A DNA stretch of 59,698 nt, filler included, from Squatina squatina (Eukaryota): the NCBI GenBank assembly GCA_031763465.1. It is 3 parts of 3 records of this genome, joined end to end, with 100 filler letters (N's around TTAATTAATTAA, not from the genome) between each part and the next. Parts side by side here need not be neighbours in the genome. Positions count along the whole stretch, not along the records: positions 36,588 to 59,698 come from JARFOE010000203.1; 2 more parts are not named here. One strand, given 5' to 3'. Every line of letters begins with the position of its first letter. Positions within the stretch are counted from its first letter, which is position 1. Below are positions 36,588-48,130 of this stretch, in pieces. The position numbers and the translations under genes are program-made. Below the pieces are notes generated by a model. The model searched no databases. It saw nothing but the letters and a program-made list of their open reading frames with translations, and was not told the origin of the DNA.

Positions 36588-36824
36588 AAAATTGGCAGCA
36601 GCAACAAAACGTTTTATGCATCAGTCTGCTAAAAATTAAGGTGGGTTTACAAATAAATAAAAGGAAGGAAACACAGGTAAAATACATTTAATTTGTTTCT
36701 ATGAAAGGATTTTCATTGTAATTAAAAACAGAAACTTCTAATTGCAAAAAAAAATGAAATCTGCAAAGATATTCTAAAATCCTGAGCTGCCATCAAGCTT
36801 TCAAAATCTGTCTTGCGCCTGTCG

Positions 36825-37103
36825 CTTTAAGAAGCCGGCCCGAGCGCTGTGATTGGTCGCTGCTGTATGTATCCAACATGTATCCAAGTCAGTTGCGCAC
36901 CAATCAACGCCGGGCATTTCCAGCAGATGGCGGGAAATATGAATTTCGCGGCACAGGCTTTGGCGCCAGAGGCTGAGTCTCAGAGTCCGTGAATCAGGCT
37001 GCATTCAGGAGCTGGTACAGTTTCTGCAGCCATTTTTCCCCTCTGATTCAGAGGGGATCTTTTCCCAATCCATTGCATCCTGCTGCATCCAAAGCAACAT
37101 CAG
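36825..37103 (+). promoter_or_regulatory. E2F2: Probable E2F2 promoter and non-coding first exon
   Basis: CCAAT boxes at 36852-36856 (reverse) and 36900-36904; E2F sites GGCGGGAAA 36929-36937, TTTCGCGGC 36944-36952, TTTGGCGCC 36959-36967; candidate donor CAG|GTGCGG at 37103/37104; upstream of the E2F2 coding exon. Confidence 0.7.
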
Positions 37104-38565
37104 GTGCGGGACAGCCTGCAGATTAAACCCGGGACTTTGCTGATCATTTATATGTCTGCATTTGTTGACTTTGCTTTTTATTTTGCATCCAAATCCCGGC
37201 TTGAAATTAATCTTTTTTTTGCCCCTCTTTCCTCTCCCTCTCTCGTTGCAAACAAAAGGGGGGGAGCGGGGGAAAGAAAAAAACAGATACGAACCAGTTC
37301 ACTCAGATTGAATTGTACCTCCCGATGACAGATCACAATAGGGCGCCCTCTTCTGCTCCACATAGTTGATGTATAGTGGCATTGATGGCCATTAAGTCCA
37401 CAGTCCCGATCATCCTGTTCTGGTTGGAGGAGGGTTTGTGGTGAGGAGCATTGTTGTTAGGAGGAAAAGAAGGAGAACATATAAATCTTAAAAAATAGCA
37501 AATACTCTGTCAACAAATTCTGATATGCAACTATTTTTGCAGTCATATTTCCTCTCTTTGTATAAATATAAACGAATGTAAGAAAACTGGAATAACGAGA
37601 GGAAATTTGATCCATTGAGCTAGATACATTGCACAGTTGCCCAACCATGGACTCTACCCCTGAGTGAGCCTTTGGCCGAGTGATAGCCTTTCTGCCTCCG
37701 AGTCAGTGAAGAGTTTAAGGCCCAGTGCAGACAGCCCCGGCGAGTGGAGACTAGCTAACTACTGGGTTAACATCCAGCGGGGTACTTGTTTCCGGACCAC
37801 TAGCTTTGTGTCAGAAGGGGTGGGTTGGGGTCCTACTTCAAACAGCCCTGGTGAGCAGAGACCAGAGCGTGGGTCTGAATAATGGATTGACATCTACTTC
37901 TGTCTGAGTCCAGGTGGCCCCCACCCCCTCCCCTTCATAAAGGTAGGTGGAGCTTTGCAGCCTTGGTTGCGGCCCATCTAGGAGAAAGTCCTCCAAAGAT
38001 TAAAAACCGTGAGGAAGGCAACTTGACCCCACCTCAGCTACTCTTCCCTAGTAAGTGTCTCAAGAATCTTGTGACACTTGAGTTAGGACCTGCCCTAGAG
38101 CAACACAATGAACAGACCACCTCGCATGGCTAAATTTTATTTTATGCAAAAATGTATTGAATTCTGCCCCATATATTGAATCTCCTGAGGGAAGTGAATA
38201 ACCCCATAGTAAATTTTCCAAAAGATAGGATTCTGTGAAATTCCTGCCTGATCCGTAAGAGAATCCTGCAAATTCTTGGATATCAATATTACTTTACAAT
38301 GCACATCACTCAGTGCCAAAACATATGTTTTCAAACTAGGGTCTGCAAACCCTAGGAGATCCAAAAGGTTATCAGAGTTTTGTTCACCTGGGACGAAGTA
38401 CTTTTCTCGGTACAGTACTCTGGATTCTATTTCTGTCTTTGTTTGCTTACTAGCATACTATATCTGTGTTTATATATACTTAAAAACATTTTCTGCTTGG
38501 ATGACAGTGCTTTCCTTCGGATAACTAATACTGTTTGTTAGAAGTGAGGTTGGGGGGAGTTCACT

Positions 38566-38890
38566 GGTAGTATTTGCACGAGGTCTCTGGGAATATGTCA
38601 GTATTTTCACACGGTGTATGAATATTTTCAGCAGGTCATAAGAGTGTGTCAGTACTCTGAGTCTCTTGGGTGTGCACCAGTATTTGTCGGGTATACGCAG
38701 GGATTCCCTAGGAGTATGCCAATATTTGAAGGTGGTCACAGAAGCGTGTCAATATTTTTGGAGGTGTTAAAATTTCAGGGGTCCTCGGAAGTGTCCCACT
38801 ATTTGCAAGGGGTCCTAGAAGTGTATTTTCAATAGTCCCATCACTGTGCCAACATCACTGTCAACATTTGCAGTAGGTCCCAGGAGTGTA
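38566..38890. repeat. Decayed ~30-bp minisatellite
   Basis: About 9-10 irregular recurrences of a(g/a)tattt..gg(g)tc..g(g/a)agtgtgtc. Confidence 0.55.
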
Positions 38891-39073
38891 CGGTTGCACC
38901 TCACAGATGACATTTCCATGGCCTAGACAGCACAACTACCTACACAGTATTCAGTGCTGGTTTAAAATAGATCNNNNNNNNNNNNNNNNNNNNNNNNNNN
39001 NNNNNNNNNNNNNNNNNNNNNNNNNNNNNNNNNNNNNNNNNNNNNNNNNNNNNNNNNNNNNNNNNNNNNNNNN

Positions 39074-39224
39074 GTTAGGCAGCCCCCAGATCCCCACCAT
39101 CCCTGCCAGTTATTTCACCCAGATTGCAGGAGCAATGTACTCTGATCACAGTGGGGACTGTTTGTACACGACCCCTCATGGACCTGAAGTTAGCACAATA
39201 AGGACTAGCACAGGACGCCTGCCG
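39074..39224 (+). CDS. E2F2: E2F transcription factor 2, first coding exon (5' part lost in gap)
   Basis: LGSPQIPTIPASYFTQ..CLYTTPHGPEVSTIRTSTGRLP|gtaagt aligns with recalled human E2F2 LSSPQL..CLDATPHGPE..GRLP|AKRKL; order E2F2-ASAP3-TCEA3 on one strand as in human. Confidence 0.85.
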
Positions 39225-41773
39225 GTAAGTGTAATTTATAATTTATTTATTCATTTTGAAATAAAGGTGGATTTTGTACTTGTATCTAACTCGGTTACTG
39301 CAAGTCCCAGGTCACTCACTGTACATTCTCGACTAGGGAAATTGACTTCACTCCTTTTAGCATTTAAGAAAAATATAGCATTTAAAAATTACCCCCACTT
39401 TTTACATATGTGTGTGCGGGGGGAGAAGGGAAGTGCGGTGTGGAAGGTTTCGCTTTCTTGCTGTAACTGGATCTATTGTAATATCGAGGCGGGTCAGATG
39501 GCTGCTTGCTGCAACTCTTTGCTGTCTTAATTTTGTATTTTTTTAAATGCAAAAAAAATAATAGTTTCTGACTGTCCAGATCTGTTATCAAAACGCATTG
39601 CCATTTTTCTTAAAGATGATCAGACTGTCACTGTCTGAAATTTTGCTGGGGCTGTCCTGAGTGATGCTCTAAATTCAAAGGACTTGCTAAATATTTATAC
39701 TTTAACCTTGGGGGTCAGAGTGTACTTGGGGACTTTCCATTGGGTTTTCCTTTTTAATATATGAAATAAAAATTAACGAAAGTGAAACTAACCAGGATTT
39801 GGCACTTCATTGTCACAACCATTGGCCTCATCAATAAATATTTTTATTTGATGGGGATGTGTGTGGCGGGGGGGTTAAAAATCGACTATTTATTGCCAAC
39901 TCTCTACAGTACAGACAACTTGTGGTTCAAAAGTAAGATTGGACAAGAATCCTGANNNNNNNNNNNNNNNNNNNNNNNNNNNNNNNNNNNNNNNNNNNNN
40001 NNNNNNNNNNNNNNNNNNNNNNNNNNNNNNNNNNNNNNNNNNNNNNNNNNNNNNNCTCATCCAAAACTCTGCTGCCCGTGTCTTGTGTGCTGTAAAGTGT
40101 CTCAGACCCAGTCCCTGGTCGGCATGGGGCCCCAAAAGCGCAAAACAGTCCCCCTAATTTGGTGCTGAACTGGCAGCATCCCTCAGAGGGTACAACATGG
40201 CTGGTATCAGAGGTTGGGACTTGTTGGGGGAAGAGTAAATGGAGCTTTACGTTGCGCTAGTGTAACGCGGGAGTGTTCAATGGAAACTTTCACTTGCCGC
40301 AGCTAATGTCCGTCACCGAAAATCTGCCTGACTGTTAAAGCGCTCTGGGAGTCTCTGAGAGCCAATTGTGTGGCTGTGACAGCGCTATTCAACACCAAGA
40401 TCATTCACAGGACAGAAGAATGGGAATTATTGTGCAGTTGGGAAGCTGAATAATGGGGTTCCTGAGACCCTGACTCACTGAGACTCTGGCAGAGTTCAAG
40501 ATGCGCATGGGGCAAGCTCAGCCAGGCTGTGTGAACAAGCACCAAGTGTTTGAGAGTAGCACTCAGTGAGGCAGCATTGCTGCTTTGCACAGCACTGCCG
40601 CCCAGAGGTAGTGAGGGGGGAAACTGGAGAATGGGCTTGAGATGTGAGGACTGAGCAATCTAACAGTGTGTAAGGGAAACAGTGTAGGAAGTGGTGGGGG
40701 GTGGAGAGAGAGGGGGAAATATGCGGGGAGGGGACTGGAAATGGGGTAAAACAGAAATTGGTTGAAGTGGGAAAATATTGGGATCTCTGTACCTTGGGTT
40801 AGGGATTGGGGGTGGGGGGNNNNNNNNNNNNNNNNNNNNNNNNNNNNNNNNNNNNNNNNNNNNNNNNNNNNNNNNNNNNNNNNNNNNNNNNNNNNNNNNN
40901 NNNNNNNNNNNNNNNNNNNCGGAATGGCCGGGGCGGGCGCCGACAAGCGAAATGCTGGCTCCCGTCCCGTACGTGTTTCCAGCGTGACAGGAGAATTTCG
41001 ACCCCCTATTTTCTAAGAGTCTGTTTAGTTGATGACTGTAATGTGACTGACTCAATAAAATCAGTCAGTGATGAATAAAAGTTGTTGTTAACTACATTCA
41101 GCTGACATGCATGCCTAATTGAGGTAGTGAAAGAGATTGTAGAAAATGGAAAAGTAACAAATGTGGAAACACAATGTTGAGCATCTAATAAGATCCAGCC
41201 AGATCAGTAACAGAATGTCAAAATGCCCAATTCTCCCTGTGACATATGTAAAATGGAATCTGAATTACAACACAAAATCCAGAAAATGCTCAGCAGGTCA
41301 AACTTAAAGAAAGAAAGCTTGATGTTACACGTGTGAACTTCCATTAGAGTGCTTTCATCAGGTCAGGTTTTAAGGAAGGCTCGCATCGAAAATGTTAACT
41401 TTTATGTTCAATTGCTGGTCAACCTTCCATGCATTTCCAACAATTTGTGCCTTAATATGTACTAGGCATGATATTTTTCAGATTCAAATGCTATTTACTT
41501 CCCAACAAAATTGCAGTTATTATTTAACAGTATTTAACCCTTCAGTATAAATACCATTATAAATCAGTCATAGAATCATAGAAATTTACAGCACGGAAGG
41601 AGGCTATTCGGCCCATCGTGTCTGCACCTGTAATTGTAAAATTGTACATAGGAATGACTGTATATTTAGCCAGGTTTGAGCTGTTGCCTTAGTTTCCACT
41701 AATGTATTTAAATGTTGTTGGTTTCCTTTTTAAGCAAACAGAAAAAGGCAATGCTAGAATGTGTAAAAGTTGA

Positions 41774-41793
41774 GTGTGTGTGTGTGTGTGTGT
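41774..41793. repeat. (GT)n microsatellite
   Basis: About 10 GT units. Confidence 0.9.
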
Positions 41794-42059
41794 TTTTAAG
41801 ATGCAAAAAAAGTGTGGCACTTGATTTAGTACAAAAAAAATTGAAAATAAAAGATTGATTCTCCAAGTCTCTGAGCCTCTGGTTGGAGCAATTAGTTTGT
41901 CCTGTCTTTCGTTGACCTTTTTCTCTCGTGTCGTTCGATGACGCTCATTGCTCGGATACAGTTCCACAGGTGCTCATTCCCCACCCCTCCCTCAATGGCT
42001 CTTCATGTGATAACTGAGATGCTTCAAAGATTAGCCTGATTTTTAAAAAACAAAACAAA

Positions 42060-42231
42060 AGACTGTCTTGTATAGCATCTTTCACGACCTCAGGATGTTC
42101 CAAAGTGCTTTACAGTCAATTAAGTGTTTTTCAAGCATAGTCACTGTTGTCATTTAGGAAAAGCGACAGCCAATTTGAACGTAGCAAGCTCCCACATACA
42201 GCACTGAATTACTGCCCAGATCAGCTGTGTT
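42060..42231 (-). mobile_element. Deu-domain SINE 3' part
   Basis: tttcacgacctcaggatgttccaaagtgctttaca..cagccaatttg..agcaagctccca, reverse of the SINE tail. Confidence 0.7.
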
Positions 42232-42379
42232 NNNNNNNNNNNNNNNNNNNNNNNNNNNNNNNNNNNNNNNNNNNNNNNNNNNNNNNNNNNNNNNNNNNNN
42301 NNNNNNNNNNNNNNNNNNNNNNNNNNNNNNNTTTGCCTGTCAGTGCCTTAAAACTTGCTGTATTTCTGGCTTTTTTTTA

Positions 42380-42480
42380 AGTTCTGACAAGGGTCATCGA
42401 CCCGAAACGTTGACTCTTTTTTCTCTCCACAGATGCTGCCTGACCTGCTGAGTTTTCCCAGCATTTTTTGTTTGTATTCT
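42380..42480 (+). mobile_element. Penelope-like element terminal fragment
   Basis: ctgacaagggtcatcgacccgaaacgttg..ctccacagatgctgcctgacctgctgag resembles the tga..gg..ccgaaac terminal motif of Penelope-like repeats; decayed relatives near 31520-31600 and 41270-41445. Confidence 0.5.
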
Positions 42481-43604
42481 TTCTTTTGATTTGACTCATT
42501 ATTTCAATACTAGTTTAATATCAGAAGCAATACATGAAACAAAAAAAGGAATTTAATAAGAAACGTTAATATAATTACTGCTTTGCTGCCAGAAGAGATC
42601 ATCACTGCAATAATATCTATGAATGAGACAGCATTAAAATGCTGAGCCTGTATTTAAAAGTAGCAGATTCCGGCAGAACTCTCAATTCTTACGACGAGAC
42701 AAAGAGAAATTATCACGGGAGATACAACTGTCAACAAGTTGAATCTGCTGCATTGTCTGACGTCCTGCTTCCCTGTAATAAATCCCCCTTCAGCTCTCCG
42801 GGTGGCCTGATGTGTAATGACACCGCCCTGCAGTGCTGTACAAGTCTGAAGCTGTCCAGTTTTCAGCCCTGGTCTGTGCTGAGTTAGCAGGTTTCCGTTG
42901 AGTTAGTTACAGTTAACTGAGTTACATTTGCAGTTGATCAAAGTGCACCTGGGTTCGGAAGGGAGGACGGGGAAATCAGCCAGGGCGCCTGCTCCTGATT
43001 ATGTTCCAGTGACTCCTCCTGCACAGAATCAGACTTGACTGTGATTCACCCTGCGGTTGAATAGCCCGGACTAGCACTCTTTGCCTAAACTCACGCTCGG
43101 AGATAAGAGACCCGAGGACCTGCAGAGACGCCCCTCCCAAAGAACCGTACCCCAACAAAAATCAGCGCCTTCAGGAGGGAAGAAAAATTGGAAAGAGAGA
43201 AAGAGTTGTTGATAAAAAAAAATTGAACCCCTTTTACAACTATTAAAGCTGAAAATGTATTTTAAAAATTCTAGATTTTTTTTAAAGTTGATGCTCGGAA
43301 ATAGAGACACGCATACCCAGCGAAACAAAAGGAAAATCACATACACAGAGAGAAAAAGTCCCAGATTTCTCTTCCTTCCCTGGCGTGTTCCTGCGCAGCA
43401 CAGTGTTGCTTTAAATTGTATCCAACTCGACCCCACGTGATTGTAGCAGCGTTTGATACAAAGTGACCCTGGAGCTGAAATTGACTGACTGAACTCGCTG
43501 CTCGTCACTTTCGCTCACTCAGTGTCTGTCTCCACTGGTCCAGGCAGGAAAGCTATTGTACTTTGTTTTTGATATATATAAAAGGAATAATTTCTTCTGT
43601 CGCG

Positions 43605-43730
43605 ATGCCGGAACAGATCAGCACCTCCGAGTTTGTGAGTGAGACTTTGGAGGACATCAACTCGCCGATCACCTCCAACTTTACCTCGAAAATGATTAAC
43701 TGCAGGAACACGGTGATTGCCCTGGAGGAG
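43605..43730 (+). CDS. ASAP3: ASAP-family ArfGAP, first coding exon (126 nt)
   Basis: MPEQISTSEFVSETLEDINSPITSNFTSKMINCRNTVIALEE|gtgggt; ASAP N-terminus; paralog assigned by position between E2F2 and TCEA3. Confidence 0.85.
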
Positions 43731-44478
43731 GTGGGTGTGCTTTGTGAGAGAGAAAAAGAAAGTAGCAAATCATGTCTTTATCCAACAGCTTTGGTGTGTT
43801 CCCAATTCTACTAATGCTCGCGATCCTTTGTGTTGTTGGAACGTGTGATTTTTTTTCGGCGTTTAGTTCGGAAACATTTTAATTATTCTGGATATTCCTC
43901 TTCCTCCCCCCATAATCTGATCGGGCCAGATGAATGAGGAACAAAGTCTCCGATTATCCGTTTCTGTAAAAAGTAGAAATGTTTTCTTGGGCAGGTGCTC
44001 GTCCTGGGGAAACTTTGTGTTTTCGTTGCAGTCGGGAATAATGGCAGAGGGAGTGGGGCGGAGCCGTGACCGAATGTTAGACTTTTACAGTATCTCAAGA
44101 GAGACCACCCCTAGGCTAAGGTGACACTACCATGACTTAAGCATGTTTTGACTTGGTAGCTTNNNNNNNNNNNNNNNNNNNNNNNNNNNNNNNNNNNNNN
44201 NNNNNNNNNNNNNNNNNNNNNNNNNNNNNNNNNNNNNNNNNNNNNNNNNNNNNNNNNNNNNNAGATGAAGGTTGATGCCATGGAGGAATTTGAACATTAA
44301 AGAGCAAGTGAACCCAATGGCTACGGTTGAGCTGGTCCAAGTGTTTCTGAGCTTGGATGGACTTGCATATTTGCTCCAACATCTGTGGTGGTCTACATTG
44401 GGAAACAGAGATGGGTGGAAGGAGGTGGCATGTTGGATACAGGTCAACTTTGTTCAAAGGTTTTGATGTAATGGCTGA

Positions 44479-44676
<198 letters not shown>

Positions 44677-44749
44677 TAGAATCTCCCCACCCCAAGTTTT
44701 CTCTCCTCTCCTGCAAGTAGCCATTCATCATCAATGAGCCTAAGTGTCA

Positions 44750-44853
44750 CAGAAAGAACTTGCATCTCTACAGCACACTTCATTACCTTTGGATGTCCCA
44801 AAGCACTTTACATCCAATGAAGTACTTTTTGGAGTGTAGTCACTTGTATTGTA
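44750..44853 (-). mobile_element. Deu-domain SINE 3' tail
   Basis: aagaacttgcat..ggatgtcccaaagcactttaca.ccaatgaagtactttt, reverse of the SINE tail. Confidence 0.65.
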
Positions 44854-45189
44854 NNNNNNNNNNNNNNNNNNNNNNNNNNNNNNNNNNNNNNNNNNNNNNN
44901 NNNNNNNNNNNNNNNNNNNNNNNNNNNNNNNNNNNNNNNNNNNNNNNNNNNNNATCATAGAATGTTCTAGCAAAGACCAAGGCTATTAGTTTCATTGAGT
45001 CTGTGCTGGAGTTTTTCTCTATATGAGGTACTTAGTCTAAGATAGTCCTTCTCGTTCCGTACCCTTTAATATTACTCTTTATTGTTTTGAAGCAATTAAT
45101 TCCCATGGCAAATCCAGCACATGTGGATTGAACTCTTTTCCCTACGTGGGGTTTAGAAACCTGCTGAAGTGCCAGAACACCTGTCGGGT

Positions 45190-45595
45190 GCAGAAGGCTG
45201 GATTAATAATCCAGAGGATGTGTAGTCCAGTCCCACCATGAGCACTTTGAGAATTTAAATTCAGTTTGGGGGAAAAAAATCTGCAAATAAAAGCCAGCAT
45301 CGGTAAAAGTGACCTTAAATCTGCCTGATTGTCACAGAAACCCTACTGTTCATTAATGTCCCTTTTTAGGGGAAGGAAACCTGCCATCCTTACCTGGTCT
45401 GGGCTGATATGTGACTCCAGTTTCTCGCCAACTTGCTTCACTCTTGACTGCCCTCCACAGTGATTTAACAAGCCACTCGGTTGTATCAAATTTCTTCCAG
45501 TGGTTCAAGAAGGCGGCCTGCCACCACCTTCTTGAGGTAACTAGGGTATGGGCAATAAACGTCTGCCTTGCAGGCGATGCCCACATCTTGCAAAT
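45190..45595 (+). mobile_element. SINE-like interspersed repeat (family not assigned)
   Basis: taatgtccctttt.agggaaggaaacctgccatccttacctggtctgg..caccaccttctt..gggcaataaa..gcgatgcccacatc; partial reverse copy at 20690-20772. Confidence 0.55.
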
Positions 45596-45715
45596 TAGTG
45601 AAAGTGAAAGAAACCCCTTGCGATCTTGATCTTGTATCGCAGAACACAGGGCACCTTGGAATGTGGAAGAGCTGTGTTGTTTCACTGTGTTGTTTCACTG
45701 TGTTCACTTCCACAG

Positions 45716-45797
45716 GCGAAGCTGAAGCAGAAGAGAGTTAAAGCGATTCTGGACTGTACAGCGGACAATCCCGATGAGCTGACCTTCATCAAGGGAG
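45716..45797 (+). CDS. ASAP3: ASAP-family C-terminal SH3 exon (truncated by gap)
   Basis: cttccacag|AKLKQKRVKAILDCTADNPDELTFIKG resembles the recalled ASAP2 SH3 start KLKPKRVKALYNCVADNPDELTF. Confidence 0.8.
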
Positions 45798-45897
45798 NNN
45801 NNNNNNNNNNNNNNNNNNNNNNNNNNNNNNNNNNNNNNNNNNNNNNNNNNNNNNNNNNNNNNNNNNNNNNNNNNNNNNNNNNNNNNNNNNNNNNNNN

Positions 45898-46310
45898 CAC
45901 CTCTGGGTCAGAAGTTTGTGGGTTCAAGTCCCACTCCAGAGACTTGAGTGCAATATCTAGGCTGATGGTGCCAGTACTGAGAGAGTGCTGCATTATTGGA
46001 GATGCTGTATTTTGCATGAGATGTTAAGCCAAGGCCCCATCTCCCCCTCTCAAGTGGACGTAAAAGATTCTATGGCACTATTTTGAAGAAGAGTAGGGCA
46101 AGTTCTCCCAGTTATGTTCTTACCGACATTTGCCCCTCAACCAACATCACTAAAACAGATTATCTGGTCGTTATCATGTTGCTGCTTGCTGTGCGCAAAT
46201 TGGTTTCCTACATTACAACAGTGACCACACTTCAAAAGTACTTCATTAGCTGTAAAGCGCTGTGGGATGTCCTGAGGTCATGAAAGGCAGGATATAAGTA
46301 TGAATTCTTT
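45898..46310 (+). mobile_element. Near-complete tRNA-derived Deu-domain SINE
   Basis: B-box ggttcaagtcc at 45921-45931, Deu core, shared 3' tail. Confidence 0.8.
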
Positions 46311-46860
46311 CAAAAACCAAACCAGGCGTCAGTTAGTCGTGACCTCTTATTTCTTTCAACTGCACTATGGGACCTTTGCTGTTCAGCTAGATTCTTGGAA
46401 CCCAGTTAAAGGCACCATATAAAATGTAGGTTGTTGTCGAGTGTCCCTTTAAACCTTATTTCCTGGTCTACAAATACCTTCTGAGCTAAATTTGCCAACT
46501 CTTATTTGAATCTTACAAAGTATTTTTTCCCCCTCACAACACCAAAAGAAAAGCAGGTTTTTAAATTAAAGCTAAACATGGAGGGATTTCCTCTCTTTCA
46601 GTCCTTGTCCCGGTTTACTCCTGGACTGGTTATTCTGAGCACTGTCTCTTATGTTGAAGTTTGACACCATCTGTTTTTTTTACGCCAGGGGACCTTTCTG
46701 CTGCGCCGAGTGACGGGACACGCCTCTTTCTGCCCGGGAGCTCGCCATTAACTCGGGAGAAACTTTTTGTCACATTTTGTTTTATTTTCGTTTTTGCACA
46801 TTTATTTGTTGCAAATTAATTTTGTTGTGCACTTTGCGGATTTATGCAGGAGAGGACGTC

Positions 46861-46929
46861 ATGGGAAGAGAGGAAAACCTCGTCAGCATTGCAAAAAAGC
46901 TGGATAAAATGGTATCGAGGAAGAATATG
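46861..46929 (+). CDS. TCEA3: Transcription elongation factor TFIIS (A3), first coding exon (69 nt)
   Basis: gtcATGG; MGREENLVSIAKKLDKMVSRKNM|gtgaga versus recalled human TCEA3 [23 protein letters not shown]. Confidence 0.88.
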
Positions 46930-47630
46930 GTGAGATTGATCAAATATAAGAGGGAGTGTGGAATTGACATNNNNNNNNNNNNNNNNNNNNNNNNNNNNNN
47001 NNNNNNNNNNNNNNNNNNNNNNNNNNNNNNNNNNNNNNNNNNNNNNNNNNNNNNNNNNNNNNNNNNNNNNGCCTCACCCTTGGTGGGAGGCTCTTTTCAA
47101 CCTCAGTAAGAAGGGGGCGGAGAGGGGTTGGGGAGAGAAGACAGGTGAACCTGGGTGAGGAGTCCACGTTTACCAATACTGCTGGAGGAGCAAACCAATA
47201 CCACCAGCGGCACTAATGCTGCTGTCTGCTCCTGCTGCGGTGAGGTAATACTTGAGGTTAGAATTTTGCCCTGCTGATGTTGACTCAAATCTCAATCAAA
47301 ATAACTTTGCACACCCTGTCTCCATATGCCATCAAAATCTGAACCCTAATCTGTTGTTAAACACTTCCTACAGTTTCATTGACGACACAAAACCACCCAT
47401 AATGTGTACAACAGTTGCTGGGCTTTGGCAGTGAATGGTAGGGGCGATTCCACAATCCGCCACTCCCAACAGCAAGGCACATGGTGGGAAACCCTGCACG
47501 TGCAGCCTGCATTTTCTCCACAGGTGTTCCCTGTGAGTGCCGATCCCTGCTAGGAGCACTGGACCGTGGAACTACCCCATTTATTTCAGCTCCAAGTGTA
47601 GGAATAATTTACTGCTTTTTCCTTTCATAG

Positions 47631-47687
47631 ATGATTACAAAGACTATGGTGCCAACTGTGACAAGATGGGTGCAGAAATTGAGGAAT
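47631..47687 (+). CDS. TCEA3: TCEA3 central-domain exon (57 nt)
   Basis: tttcatag|(D)DYKDYGANCDKMGAEIEE T|atatccttt versus recalled human DDYKDYGVNCDKMASEIED. Confidence 0.88.
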
Positions 47688-47696
47688 ATATCCTTT
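47688..47696 (+). other. TCEA3: U12-type (AT-AC) 5' splice site
   Basis: ATATCCTTT matches the minor-spliceosome donor consensus RTATCCTTT where protein similarity ends; no GT donor at that point. Confidence 0.85.
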
Positions 47697-47949
47697 GCAT
47701 TAACCAGCAGTTATACTGAGTCTGAAGGATGTCAGGAATTCAGAGGAAAAAGAAGAAAGAANNNNNNNNNNNNNNNNNNNNNNNNNNNNNNNNNNNNNNN
47801 NNNNNNNNNNNNNNNNNNNNNNNNNNNNNNNNNNNNNNNNNNNNNNNNNNNNNNNNNNNNNTTTACAGCCTTTATTGGTTGTGCCCCAATAAAGCTGCTG
47901 ATCTTTTAATAGGCAATTGCCTGGAAGAAGAGTCACATTCATCCCTCAG

Positions 47950-48130
47950 CCAGCACCTAAAACAGATGATCTGGTCATTTATTTCATTGCTCCTTGTGGG
48001 AGCTTGCTGTGTGTAAATTGGCTGCTGTGTTACATAACAACTGTGAATGCACTCCAAAAGCAATTCGTTGGTTGTAAAGCACTTTTGGAGATTTCTTAGG
48101 ATGTGGAAAATGCTATATAAATGCAAGTTT
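47950..48130 (+). mobile_element. Deu-domain SINE 3' part
   Basis: aaaacagatgatctggtcatt..gggagcttgctgtgtgtaaattggctgc..gctatataaatgcaagt. Confidence 0.7.

Noticed and set aside
38886-39530. 214-aa ORF as a single gene
   Set aside because: Spans a gap; only 39074-39224 resembles E2F2 and it ends at a GTAAGT donor.
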